From a bacterium (lineage in GTDB: Bacteria > Zhuqueibacterota > QNDG01 > JABMRT01), in contig JAFGEX010000360.1 in NCBI GenBank assembly GCA_016931355.1, forward strand, positions 1 to 52,712: a stretch of DNA of 52,712 bases, read 5' to 3'. The first letter of the stretch is position 1; each line of letters begins with the position of its first letter. Positions 36,590 to 46,302 of this stretch are shown here, piece after piece. The notes beneath the pieces were generated by a model. It was not told the origin of the DNA, ran no database searches, and saw only the letters and a program-made list of their open reading frames with translations. A program made the translations under genes and the position numbers.

Positions 36590-37284
36590 GTATTCGACCC
36601 GCCGAAATCCCTGACCGCCTTTTCATAATCATCCGGCCGCCCGATGTCCAGCCAGTATCCCCTGTGCGGATGCGTGGCCACCTTTTCCCCGCAGGCTAAG
36701 AGTTTCAGCATTAAATGATCGAAACCGAAGAATCTGCCGGCAGGTATGAAATTCAAAATCCTCCTGTTTGCCGCATAAATTCCCATACTGACTGTATATG
36801 GGATTTCAGGTTTTTCTTCGAACCCGGCCAGCCTGCCCTTCGAATCGGTTTCCAGCACGCCGTAGTCGATTTTTTGAATTCTCCGGTGTGTTGCAATGGT
36901 GAATAAACGCCTGTCACGGACATGCCTGGAGAAAAATGTCCTGAAATTCAAATTGGTCAGCACGTCTCCGTTCAGGATCAAAAAATTTTCTGGCAGGTCC
37001 TGTATCCGTTTCAGAGGGCCCATGGTGCCGAGAGGTTTGTCCTCCAGCGAGTACTCGACCTGTACGCCCCATTTACGGCCGTCTCCGAAGAAAGCCTGTA
37101 TGATTTCTGCCTGGTGATTCACGGTCATAATGATGCGGCCGAATCCTTCCTTTTTCAGTTTACGGATGACCATTTCCAGGATTGGGACTTCCCCCACCGG
37201 CACCAGAGGTTTTGGTATGGAAATCGTATAGGGCCGCAGCCTAGTCCCCCTGCCGCCCGCCAGTATCACCGCGCATTCAGACAT
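36586..37284 (-). CDS. sugar-1-phosphate nucleotidyltransferase
   Basis: ILAGGRGTRLRPYT signature. Start MSECAVIL (ATG 37284) overlaps the upstream stop by 8 nt (ATGTCTGA). Confidence 0.85.
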   Translation of the reverse strand: MSECAVILAGGRGTRLRPYTISIPKPLVPVGEVPILEMVIRKLKKEGFGRIIMTVNHQAEIIQAFFGDGRKWGVQVEYSLEDKPLGTMGPLKRIQDLPENFLILNGDVLTNLNFRTFFSRHVRDRRLFTIATHRRIQKIDYGVLETDSKGRLAGFEEKPEIPYTVSMGIYAANRRILNFIPAGRFFGFDHLMLKLLACGEKVATHPHRGYWLDIGRPDDYEKAVRDFGGSNT

Positions 37285-38248
37285 TGTATATTTCCGATTT
37301 GTACAATTCGAGGTTTTTCTTGATCCAGTCAATGGTTTCGGAAAGCCCTTTCTTCAGATCATATCTCGGCCGCCAGCCGGTTCTGGAGAGTATCTTCGTG
37401 TTGTCGCATCTGAGCCTCTGTACCTCGCTCGATTCCGGGCGGACGCGTGTCTTGTCCGTTTGGGCCGTTGCCTTGATCCCGGTTATGGAGGCGATCAGAC
37501 GGATGAGGTCTCCGACCGAAATCTCCTCGTTCATGCCGATGTTCGTCACCTGCCCAGCCAGATCCCCGGCCCCCGCTATAGCGATGAATCCTTCCACCGT
37601 GTCCTTCACGTATGTGAAATCCCGCGTAGGCCCGAGATTGCCGAGCTGAAGAGGCCGGCCGCTCAGGAGCTGTGTGATGATGGTGGGTATGACCGCACGG
37701 CCGGACTGCCTGGGCCCGTAGGTGTTGAAAGGCCTGGCTATTTTCACGGGAAGCTTGAAGGAGAGGTGATAGCTGAGCGAGAGCTGATCCGCGGAGATCT
37801 TGGTGGCGGAGTACGGTGATTGGCCGACTAAGGGGTGCGTTTCGCTGATGGGTACGGTCTGGGCCGTGCCGTAGGTCTCGGACGTGGACGTGATGACGAC
37901 GTTTTCCATTTCCAGATCCCTGGCGGTTTCGAGCACGTTGTAGGTCCCTTCGATGTTCGTGCGTATGTAGGCCAGGGGCGAGACATAGGAATAAGGGATG
38001 CCGATCAGGGCAGCAAGATGGAACACGCTGTCGCATCCTGCCATGGCCCTGCGCACGGAATCCAGGTCGCGGATGTCACCGGAAACGATCTCCATATCCT
38101 TTGCCTGTTCCGATGTTTCCAGCCAGCCCCAGTGATTTCTTGAATTGTACCGGGCGAAAGCCCTGACAGAGTGTCCCAGTTCCACCAGCCTTTCAGCCAG
38201 ATGGGATCCGATGAATCCGCCAGCCCCTGTCACCAGTATCTTTTTCAT
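37277..38248 (-). CDS. NDP-sugar 4,6-dehydratase-like extended SDR
   Basis: VTGAGGFIGSHL, TSTSETYG and YSATK motifs. The ATG at 38248 (MKKILVTG) is preferred over the TTG at 38260. Confidence 0.85.
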   Translation of the reverse strand: MKKILVTGAGGFIGSHLAERLVELGHSVRAFARYNSRNHWGWLETSEQAKDMEIVSGDIRDLDSVRRAMAGCDSVFHLAALIGIPYSYVSPLAYIRTNIEGTYNVLETARDLEMENVVITSTSETYGTAQTVPISETHPLVGQSPYSATKISADQLSLSYHLSFKLPVKIARPFNTYGPRQSGRAVIPTIITQLLSGRPLQLGNLGPTRDFTYVKDTVEGFIAIAGAGDLAGQVTNIGMNEEISVGDLIRLIASITGIKATAQTDKTRVRPESSEVQRLRCDNTKILSRTGWRPRYDLKKGLSETIDWIKKNLELYKSEIYNV

Positions 38249-38657
38249 GCCGCCCCGCAAATGATGAATCGTGGTTTTTGCTGCAATCCCTTTATCCGGA
38301 TGTTTCCGATTGGGATACCGGACCTGCCGGAGATTCGGGTATATTGATCAGAAGCACCTTGACATTTCATCATTTCAATGACCCAGAATCGGGATGGAAT
38401 TGAAAAGAAGACGTTACAATAAAAATAATCAAAATGTTACTAGAAATCAAGCCTGAAAAATGACCCTGCATGTCATCCGGGAACGGCATGGTATCGTGTT
38501 ACGAAATCGTTCGACGGGCCTGAAGCAGAACAACAATAGCCGTTGATCGATCGGGCAGCCGTTTTTTGCCTTTACCCCATTAAAAATAAACGCTTGATTT
38601 TGTCTTGGTTCAATCGTACTTTTTATTGGCGAAGTACGGGGAAATTTAAGGGAAATA

Positions 38658-39449
38658 TTGGGCGCGAAATCGGGAACGGATATGCCCTCGAACAAGACAT
38701 TGCAGCTCGAACAGCGCATCCTGAAGAACGGCAACATCCCGCGGCACATTGCCATCATCATGGATGGCAACGGGAGATGGGCGAAAAAGAGGGGATTGCC
38801 GCGGCTTGCCGGGCACCGCGAGGGGATACGCTCCGTGCGCGACATTGTGGAGGCATGCGGCAAGATCGGCGTACAGGCGCTGACCCTGTACACCTTTTCG
38901 ACGGAGAACTGGCGCAGGCCCAGGGACGAGGTGTCCGGGCTCATGACGCTGCTGGTCCGTACGCTGAAGCGGGAAATCAGGGACCTGATGAAGAACAATG
39001 TGCGCGTCATGGCCATAGGCGAGATGGAGGACATCCCGGAAAAGATCCGGAATGAATTTTTGGAAGGCATAGAGGCCACGAAGAACAACACGGGGCTTGT
39101 GCTGAATCTGGCCCTCAGTTACGGGAGCAGGGAGGAGATCCTTTCAGCAGTCAGGCGCATCGCTGCTGATGTCCGGGAAGGCAGGCTCGATCCTTCGGAA
39201 ATCAACGCTTCGGTTTTTTCAAACAGGCTGTACACATCCGCGCTGCCGGATCCGGACCTGATGATCAGGACCAGCGGCGAACTGCGAATTTCGAACTTCC
39301 TGCTCTGGCAGATCGCATACACGGAAATCTACATCACGGATGTGCTGTGGCCGGATTTCCGAAGGCAGAATCTCTACGAGGCCATAGACAATTTCCAGGG
39401 ACGGGAGAGGCGCTTCGGCAGGGTCAGCGAGCAGTTGAAGAAGAAGTGA
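38658..39449 (+). CDS. uppS: isoprenyl transferase (undecaprenyl-diphosphate synthase)
   Basis: HIAIIMDGNGRWA and RTSGELRISNFLLWQ motifs. TTG at 38658, or alternatively ATG at 38682. Confidence 0.92.
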   Translation: MGAKSGTDMPSNKTLQLEQRILKNGNIPRHIAIIMDGNGRWAKKRGLPRLAGHREGIRSVRDIVEACGKIGVQALTLYTFSTENWRRPRDEVSGLMTLLVRTLKREIRDLMKNNVRVMAIGEMEDIPEKIRNEFLEGIEATKNNTGLVLNLALSYGSREEILSAVRRIAADVREGRLDPSEINASVFSNRLYTSALPDPDLMIRTSGELRISNFLLWQIAYTEIYITDVLWPDFRRQNLYEAIDNFQGRERRFGRVSEQLKKK

Positions 39450-39478
39450 GGCGGGAGTTCATTTCAGCATTCCGCCCC

Positions 39479-39625
39479 AGATCCTTCGCTCCGTAAAGCA
39501 GTTCTCAGGAAGACATTCTATTGTCTTCCTGAGGATGCTAAGCGCCCGAAGGATCCGTGAAGGGGATGGTTGAAGTGTATGAGGGCTTGGATCCTTCGCT
39601 CCTGGAAAATGGAGCTCAGGATGAC
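39479..39625. repeat. three alternating-orientation copies of the (G)TCATCCTGAG...GCGAAGGATCC hairpin repeat
   Basis: Copies at 39479-39512 (-), 39525-39556 (+) and 39589-39625 (-). The first two form a perfect 12-bp hairpin, CTCAGGAAGACA/TGTCTTCCTGAG. Confidence 0.65.
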
Positions 39626-39720
39626 AATGAGCAGGGGATTTGATTAGAGCGCTTCCCGGGAACAATTCCCGGGCTGATTCGTCATAAGATTGAGATCGGA
39701 TTGCGTCCAAGCAAGGGCCG

Positions 39721-42700
39721 GTGTTCGGACAGAACCCTGCCCTCGTTTTTTTTGAAGGTGATCGTTTGCGCACAAGAAGATGGACATTGGTGACCACGCT
39801 CGTGACCACAGTCATCGTGGCTGCCTTTTTTTCGGCCTGGCGCCTGTCCAGGGCGAATGAGATGATACGGCTGTACCTCCTTGAGAAGATACGGCCGTTC
39901 GTGGACGAGAACACGGACATACGGGCCTTCAACCTCGACCTGGGCAGCGCCAGCCTGAACGGCGTCACTTTGGTCCCCAGGGACAGCTCCTTCACCCTTG
40001 AAATCGAAAGCGTCCGCATCGGATACAGGTTCTGGAACCTGATTTTGCATGGTTTTCAGCCTGAAAAAGCGGCGCATGAGGTGTTGTTCGTCAAGCCCTC
40101 TTTGATACTCAGAAGGCCGTCGGGCAGCCGGGATCCGGTCGAACCCTCCCGTGTATCAACCTCCTCGCTCGCAGGATTGTCCGAAACGATGCGGCGCATC
40201 ACCGTATCGGACGCCAGCCTTTCCATTGAGAACGCCTCAGGGCAAAGGGCGAGGCTCGCGTCTTTCCTGAACGGATGGATCAGGGTGCAATCTCCGGATT
40301 CCGCAGACATCCGGCTTGCAGGCAGACTCTTTGAATCCGATCAAAAAAACCTTTCCATTGAAGGCGTCCTGGATCCGGCATCCATGCGGCACAGCCGCAT
40401 GCATGTGCTGCTGGAATCCTCCAGGCCTTCGCCGGAAATGCCGCTGTTGTTGCCGGCATTCATACGCGTCAACGGCGGCACGATGTGGGGCGAGGCCCAT
40501 TACGACAGGAAGACAGGATCCAGAGGTTTTTTCAAACTGGAGGAAGGATCCTTTTCCGTCCCGAAGGCAGGTCTTGACATCACGGACATGCGCTTCTCTG
40601 CCGAAATCCGCGATGATACGCTGGATATTCACGGGTCTCTGGCCGGATTCGAGGGAACGCCGCTGCTTCTGGACGGCATCATGACCCGTTTTCTGGATCC
40701 CCATTTTCAAATTCGCGCGCATTGCGAAAGGCTCAACCTGCCTGCCCTGATCCGCAAGGCTTCTCCGGCAGCTGAAATTCCGGTCTCGGGACATGCCGCG
40801 CTGGACATACGCATGCAGGGCGGCATACAGAATCCCCAGATCGATGGAGACGTGGACATTCATGATTTCCGGATTTTCGGCTCTCCATTCGGCGACTTAA
40901 GAACGGATATTGTGCTGAAGGACAGCCTGTTGTACGCCACCGGTAAAGCGGACAGCGCTTTGAACCGCATTGACTTGAAGTTGAACATGGATTTTGCCCG
41001 CTTCGACAGGGGATTCAGTCTCGACCTTGGACTGGGCGGCGATTTCACCGAATCCTTTCCCGGATGGGTGCGGAACAAACTGGAAACCTGCAACGCCCGC
41101 ATGCAGGTGCACTGGGAAGGCTGGCTGACCCGTTTCCATGCTCGCGCAGGCGCAGTGATCGATCTGGCGTCCAAAAACGGAGCAGGCCTGCATATCCGGC
41201 CGTCCGTTGTATGCCATGAAGGTCTTTGCCGCATCGGCATGGTATCCGACGGCGCCCTGTCCGGCAGCGGCAATGTAAGCCGCCCAGCCACATCCGGCAT
41301 GAGTTGGTCCGTGGATCTGAAAGGACTCGAGGCTGCGGCCGGATTGTTCTATAGCGATATGGCGGCTGATGAAGCCGATGCGCTTTCGGTCAGCGGCAGG
41401 TTTTCGGGCAATCCGGCCAAATGGAATTTTTCCCTGGCCGGCAGGGGCATGGAAGACACGACGCGTGCGGCCGGTTTTCAGGCGGACCTTGTTTCCCAGA
41501 AACGCGGCAGAGTCTCAAGGGCATACAACCTGAATGCGGAATGGCGGGCTCCGGGCGGCCTGCGCCTGCCCGTAGAAGCTTCATGGACAGCCGGACCGGA
41601 GGCTTTTGAGGCGGTCTCCATGCGCATCGGAGATTTCATGGAGCTGCGGGGGAGAGTGCCGCTCACGGATGCGTCTCCATTGCGCGCGAACCTGCAGCTC
41701 GAGGATTTCAGGATGGAGCTGCTCCATCCTTTCATCCCGGATTCCCGCATGTTCAGCGGCGGCCTGACCGGGGATGCCGTCATTTCCGGCACAAGGCTGC
41801 ATCCGGACATTCAGTTTGCGGCCAGACTCAAGGAAGGCGTTTTTCACGACATCGGTTTATACGAAGGAGATGTCCGGGCGAGATGGGACGGGTACGGCCT
41901 GCAATTTCTGGGCTTCGACCTGTTCCAGGATGATGTCGCGCTGTGGACCGGTGAAATCGAAAAAACGGCTGGCGACAGCCTGAAAGGCCGGATTTATGGC
42001 GAAGACATTGATCTTCAAAAAATGATGGGCGCGGCAACCGGTGATACGGCTTTATTAAAAGGGCGCGGCGCATTCGATTTTTTCGTCAGCGGCGGCAATC
42101 AATCGCCCGTCATACGCGGTTCCCTGTCCCTGCAGGACGGTTTTGCGGGCGATTTCTCATTCCGGGAGATCAGGGCCCGCATCACCGATTCCCTGCTTGT
42201 GAACTCGAGTTTCCGGTCAGGAGCCCTGCTGGTGGAGCACGGGGAATGGCACCGGAGAGACGATATGAACGTGTTTTTCAAGTGCCGGATCCCGCACGAT
42301 CCGGGTGCGAGCGCGCGCATCGATTTGGAGGGCAAAGGAAACATTCTCGGCATCCTGCCCGAATGGACCTCCTTTTTCCGCAAGGCCGAAGGCTCCGGGT
42401 CTTTCCGCCTGGCATGGACCGGCCGGCCGGAGCTGCTCGCCCTGGAAAGCGGATCCTGCGACATCACAAGCGGGTTCATTGAACTGGAGGATGTGATCAG
42501 GAGGATAGATCACATCTCCGGCCAGGCTGTGCTCGTTCCGGAGTCCCGCTTTCTGCATGTCCTGCGCCTGGAGGGGGAAGCGGACGGAAAATTCAACATC
42601 ACAACCATCCCTGAAATGCCGGACCGGAAGCCCCCCCTGTTCTTTGAATCACTGGGATTTTCCCTCGGCCATGTCCGGCTTTTGACAGGCAATGAGGGCA

Positions 42701-43827
42701 TACTGGTTCATATCCCCGGCCTGATGGAAAAGGGCGATACCGGCTGGCTGGCCGCATCGGAAAAGCAAGGCGGCAAAGGGCTTTTCCTGTCAGGGCCTGT
42801 CTCAAATCCCGGGCTGGAGGGAAAGCTGAGGGTGAGGGACCTCCGGCTGACTTATCCTTTTCTGAAAGGGGACGGTGATGGAGGCGGTTCCTCCATGTCC
42901 TTTCTGGAAAAGGTGAACTGGGATCTCGACATCATACCGGAATCCGATGTGCATTACGTGCGCAGTATTCAGAGTCCGTTCGGCAACATAGACGTTGATC
43001 TGCAGCTCCGGGAAGGATACGGCATGTTCTCCCTTGACGGCATCATCGAAACCGACGATCTGGTGCCGTCCGGCAGGCTTGTTTCCTCGGCCGGTTCTCT
43101 GGAGCTGCTCGACCATCTGTTCCGTCCGGAACAGATCTTTTTTGAATATCCCATCGGTGCCTCCCAGCCAATCCTGTCCGGCAGGGCCTATACCACGGTG
43201 ATCGATTCCATGGGCGTGCCTTCCACCGTGTGGCTGACGATCATGTCCACGGACGCAGAAACCGGCGTGGAGGAAGCGTCCGGAAGCTGGGGGAACATCC
43301 AGTTCCGCTTTTCCACGGACAATCCTAATCTCGGCCGCACAGAGGCGGACCTGCTGGCAGCGCTCGGATATTCGGGAACCAGCATGAAGGACCGGGCGTA
43401 CGATGCCATAGGCATACAGGTGGAAAATCTGGTTTTCCGGCCTCTGATCCGGCCTCTTGAGAAGACCCTGCGCACGCATCTCGGACTGGATATCGTGCGT
43501 TTTTCCTCCATGTTCAGCAGGAATCTCTTCCAGTGGCAGTCCGGGGAGCGGGCGGAATGGGACCCGCGCATGTTGCTCCGCAGCACCCGGTGGACTGTGG
43601 GAAAATACCTGGCTCCGGGTTTCTTCATCACCTACGCCGGGCAGGTGCAAAACGACCCTTATTACTATTATCATGTGAACGGATTGAGCTTCAGGCATGC
43701 CCTGAACCTGGAGCTCACCCTGCAGCCGGATCTTTTTCTCGAAATGGAGTACACCTACGACAGCCATCTCATGCCGGACAGGCGCGTGAACAAGCGGATC
43801 TGGCTGAGGCATATGTTCAGTTTCTGA
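39721..43827 (+). CDS. tamB: TamB-like translocation and assembly module protein (N-terminal anchor, long beta-rich body, DUF490-like C-terminus)
   Basis: N-terminal TM segment WTLVTTLVTTVIVAAFF, ~1368 aa, repetitive beta-strand-like composition, C-terminus ...LRHMFSF ending in Phe, and a position directly upstream of bamA. An alternative TTG start at 39766 follows GAAGGTGA. Confidence 0.75.
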   Translation: MFGQNPALVFFEGDRLRTRRWTLVTTLVTTVIVAAFFSAWRLSRANEMIRLYLLEKIRPFVDENTDIRAFNLDLGSASLNGVTLVPRDSSFTLEIESVRIGYRFWNLILHGFQPEKAAHEVLFVKPSLILRRPSGSRDPVEPSRVSTSSLAGLSETMRRITVSDASLSIENASGQRARLASFLNGWIRVQSPDSADIRLAGRLFESDQKNLSIEGVLDPASMRHSRMHVLLESSRPSPEMPLLLPAFIRVNGGTMWGEAHYDRKTGSRGFFKLEEGSFSVPKAGLDITDMRFSAEIRDDTLDIHGSLAGFEGTPLLLDGIMTRFLDPHFQIRAHCERLNLPALIRKASPAAEIPVSGHAALDIRMQGGIQNPQIDGDVDIHDFRIFGSPFGDLRTDIVLKDSLLYATGKADSALNRIDLKLNMDFARFDRGFSLDLGLGGDFTESFPGWVRNKLETCNARMQVHWEGWLTRFHARAGAVIDLASKNGAGLHIRPSVVCHEGLCRIGMVSDGALSGSGNVSRPATSGMSWSVDLKGLEAAAGLFYSDMAADEADALSVSGRFSGNPAKWNFSLAGRGMEDTTRAAGFQADLVSQKRGRVSRAYNLNAEWRAPGGLRLPVEASWTAGPEAFEAVSMRIGDFMELRGRVPLTDASPLRANLQLEDFRMELLHPFIPDSRMFSGGLTGDAVISGTRLHPDIQFAARLKEGVFHDIGLYEGDVRARWDGYGLQFLGFDLFQDDVALWTGEIEKTAGDSLKGRIYGEDIDLQKMMGAATGDTALLKGRGAFDFFVSGGNQSPVIRGSLSLQDGFAGDFSFREIRARITDSLLVNSSFRSGALLVEHGEWHRRDDMNVFFKCRIPHDPGASARIDLEGKGNILGILPEWTSFFRKAEGSGSFRLAWTGRPELLALESGSCDITSGFIELEDVIRRIDHISGQAVLVPESRFLHVLRLEGEADGKFNITTIPEMPDRKPPLFFESLGFSLGHVRLLTGNEGILVHIPGLMEKGDTGWLAASEKQGGKGLFLSGPVSNPGLEGKLRVRDLRLTYPFLKGDGDGGGSSMSFLEKVNWDLDIIPESDVHYVRSIQSPFGNIDVDLQLREGYGMFSLDGIIETDDLVPSGRLVSSAGSLELLDHLFRPEQIFFEYPIGASQPILSGRAYTTVIDSMGVPSTVWLTIMSTDAETGVEEASGSWGNIQFRFSTDNPNLGRTEADLLAALGYSGTSMKDRAYDAIGIQVENLVFRPLIRPLEKTLRTHLGLDIVRFSSMFSRNLFQWQSGERAEWDPRMLLRSTRWTVGKYLAPGFFITYAGQVQNDPYYYYHVNGLSFRHALNLELTLQPDLFLEMEYTYDSHLMPDRRVNKRIWLRHMFSF

Positions 43828-43832
43828 CTTTC

Positions 43833-43865
43833 ATCACCTCCCGGAGGTGATTCCCTGGAGGTGAT
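43833..43865. repeat. collapsed terminal palindrome of the 90-nt element plus an extra GGAGGTGAT
   Basis: ATCACCTCCCGGAGGTGAT (43833-43851), then TCCCT and GGAGGTGAT (43857-43865). Confidence 0.65.
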
Positions 43866-43938
43866 TCGCAAACACTTTTTACTTTACAAAAAGTTTTATT
43901 TTTCGTATTTTAACAGGATAATTTTTTTGAGGTTCTCA

Positions 43939-46272
43939 ATGGGATTTACAGCCAGGCACACCCTATTCCGTTTTCTGCTCTTCACGGCGATTCTGGCATT
44001 CGCACAGGTCTGGAGCCAGCAGGCGCGCATCGGCAAACTGATGCAGCTCAAGATCGAGGGGGCCGGCTCCACATCCTCAGAGGACCTGATCCGCATGAGT
44101 TCGGACCTGAAGGAAGGCATGGACGTCATGCCTGAGGACGTGCAGAAGGCGGTCAAGAATCTCTGGGAGCTGGGCCTTTATTCCGATATTCAGATCATCC
44201 TCTCCGAGCAGACTCCGGAAGGGATTGTCCTTTCCATACGCGTGCAGGAATACCCGCGCATGGAGAAGATGGAAATATCCGGAAACAAAAAACTGAAAAA
44301 GGAAGACATCGAGAAGGATATCGGTTTTTTCAGGGCTCAGGTCATCAGCCCGGGTCAGCTGGCAAAAGCTAAAAGAAAACTGCTGAAATCCTATGCGGAA
44401 AAAGGCTTCACCCTGGCCCGGATCGAGTATGAAACAGAGCCGTCCGCCACGCCCGGCCGGGTCATCCTGAAGATCAAAATCGACGAGGGCGAAAAGGTAC
44501 AGATCAAACGGATCCAGTTTTTCGGCAACAACGCCTTCAAGGACGGCGAGCTTCGGAAAAAAATGAAGGACACCAAGGAAGACCGGTGGTGGAGGGGAGC
44601 CGATTTCAAGAAGGACAAATACGAGGAGGACCAGGAGAACATCCTGGCCTTTTACCGGAACCACGGTTACAGGGACGCCGAAATCTTAAGGGATTCCATC
44701 TATTACGACGCCACGAAAAAGGACATGTTCATCGACATCTGGGTCAGGGAAGGCAGGCCCTATTATCTCGGCAATGTGACCTGGGACGGCAACAGCCTTT
44801 TCTCCGAAGAATTCCTGGCCTCCCTTCTGGAGCTCAAGCCGGGCGACGCGCTGAGCGAGGAGAAATTCCAGAAATCCGTGCGCGAGAAAATCGGCGGGGC
44901 CTATTACGACCTGGGATACATCTATGCCCAGATCAACCCGGTTGAAACCCTGCGCGGCAGGGACACGCTGGACGTCAAGTTCCTGATCCGGGAGATGAAT
45001 CCGGTCAAGATCAGACGCATCCTGATCTCCGGGAACACGCGCACCAAGGACCGGGTCATCCGAAGGGAGATCCGCATCCGGCCCGGGGATGTCTTCAGCA
45101 AGGAGCTGCTCATGCGCAGCCACCGCGACCTCATGATGCTCAACTACTTCGCGGTCGTGGAACCGGACGTGGTCACGGTGCAGAACGAGGCCATGGACCA
45201 GATCGATCTGTCCTTCAAGGTTGAGGAGAAATCAACGGACACGGCCAATCTCTCGGCCGGATACAGCGAGCTCGACAAGTTCATCGGCAGCGTCGGGCTG
45301 GGCATGAACAATTTGTTCGGGAACGGTCAGCAGCTTTCCCTGGACTGGAATTTCGGGCGCTGGTACAGGGCCATGAACCTGGGATTCACGGAGCCCTGGT
45401 TCCTCAATACACCCACCCTGGTCGGCGCGTCCATCTATGACATCAAGCGGGACGCCTACTACATCGGCTACAGCCAGAGAAGCCGGGGGCTTTCCCTGCG
45501 TTTCGGCAGGCGGTTCCGCTGGCCGGACAACTATTTCCGAGGCGACTGGATCTACCGTTTCGACCACCGCGTTCTCGGGGATTTCAGCTCATCGATCATG
45601 GCCTACAATCCCAACAACATCGTGAACGAGGAATACCCGCAGATCACCAGCGGCATCACCCAGATCATATCGCGCAACAGCCTGGACCAGCCCGAATTCC
45701 CCACACGCGGCTCCCAGGTCAGCCTGACCACTGAGGTTGCGGCCACGCAGCTGGGCGGCAACATCGGGTACCACAAGCACATCTTCAGCGCGGAGTTCTT
45801 CTTCCCGACCATTCTGTACAAGCTGGTGCTGTTCACCCGGGCTCAGGCGGGCTTCATGGAAGGGCTGGTCAAGGGCAAAAATCCGCCTTATCTGGAGCAT
45901 TTCTTCATGGGGGGCAGCGGTCTTTCCCAGTCCACTCCCCTGAGGGGCTATGACGATCCGCTGGCCGGATACAGTTATTACTACGAAGGCGGAAAGACCA
46001 TGCTCAAGACCACGGTGGAGCTGAGATTCCCCATCATCCCCAATCCCACCATGTACGGCCTTCTGTTCGCAGAGGCGGGCAACACCTGGGCCAGGCTTTC
46101 GGAGACGGATCCGTTCGATCTCAGGCGCTCGGTTGGAATCGGAGCGCGCATCTACATGCCCATGATCGGCATGATCGGATTCGATTACGCCTATGGTTAC
46201 GATCATTACGACTCCACAGGCAGGCGCTACGGCCAGTGGAAACCCCATTTCGTGTTCGGCAGAAGCTTTTAA
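43939..46272 (+). CDS. bamA: outer membrane protein assembly factor BamA
   Basis: Signal peptide MGFTARHTLFRFLLFTAILAFAQ, POTRA-like repeats, a beta-barrel ending FVFGRSF, and an RGY motif (PLRGYD). The ATG at 43939 follows TGAGG. Confidence 0.92.
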   Translation: MGFTARHTLFRFLLFTAILAFAQVWSQQARIGKLMQLKIEGAGSTSSEDLIRMSSDLKEGMDVMPEDVQKAVKNLWELGLYSDIQIILSEQTPEGIVLSIRVQEYPRMEKMEISGNKKLKKEDIEKDIGFFRAQVISPGQLAKAKRKLLKSYAEKGFTLARIEYETEPSATPGRVILKIKIDEGEKVQIKRIQFFGNNAFKDGELRKKMKDTKEDRWWRGADFKKDKYEEDQENILAFYRNHGYRDAEILRDSIYYDATKKDMFIDIWVREGRPYYLGNVTWDGNSLFSEEFLASLLELKPGDALSEEKFQKSVREKIGGAYYDLGYIYAQINPVETLRGRDTLDVKFLIREMNPVKIRRILISGNTRTKDRVIRREIRIRPGDVFSKELLMRSHRDLMMLNYFAVVEPDVVTVQNEAMDQIDLSFKVEEKSTDTANLSAGYSELDKFIGSVGLGMNNLFGNGQQLSLDWNFGRWYRAMNLGFTEPWFLNTPTLVGASIYDIKRDAYYIGYSQRSRGLSLRFGRRFRWPDNYFRGDWIYRFDHRVLGDFSSSIMAYNPNNIVNEEYPQITSGITQIISRNSLDQPEFPTRGSQVSLTTEVAATQLGGNIGYHKHIFSAEFFFPTILYKLVLFTRAQAGFMEGLVKGKNPPYLEHFFMGGSGLSQSTPLRGYDDPLAGYSYYYEGGKTMLKTTVELRFPIIPNPTMYGLLFAEAGNTWARLSETDPFDLRRSVGIGARIYMPMIGMIGFDYAYGYDHYDSTGRRYGQWKPHFVFGRSF

Positions 46273-46302
46273 TCCCTTTCATTTCTCAAGGAGGATCCCT
46301 TC

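Noticed and set aside
38596-38640. tRNA-like GGTTCAATC T-loop motif and a small hairpin in the uppS upstream region.
   Set aside because: There is no acceptor stem and no D or anticodon arms. The region is AT-rich promoter DNA between divergent genes.
43861-43938. bamA starting at GTG 43861, as in the ORF track.
   Set aside because: The extra 26 residues (IRKHFLLYKKFYFSYFNRIIFLRFS) come from AT-rich spacer DNA and precede a canonical signal peptide that starts at ATG 43939 with its own TGAGG RBS.
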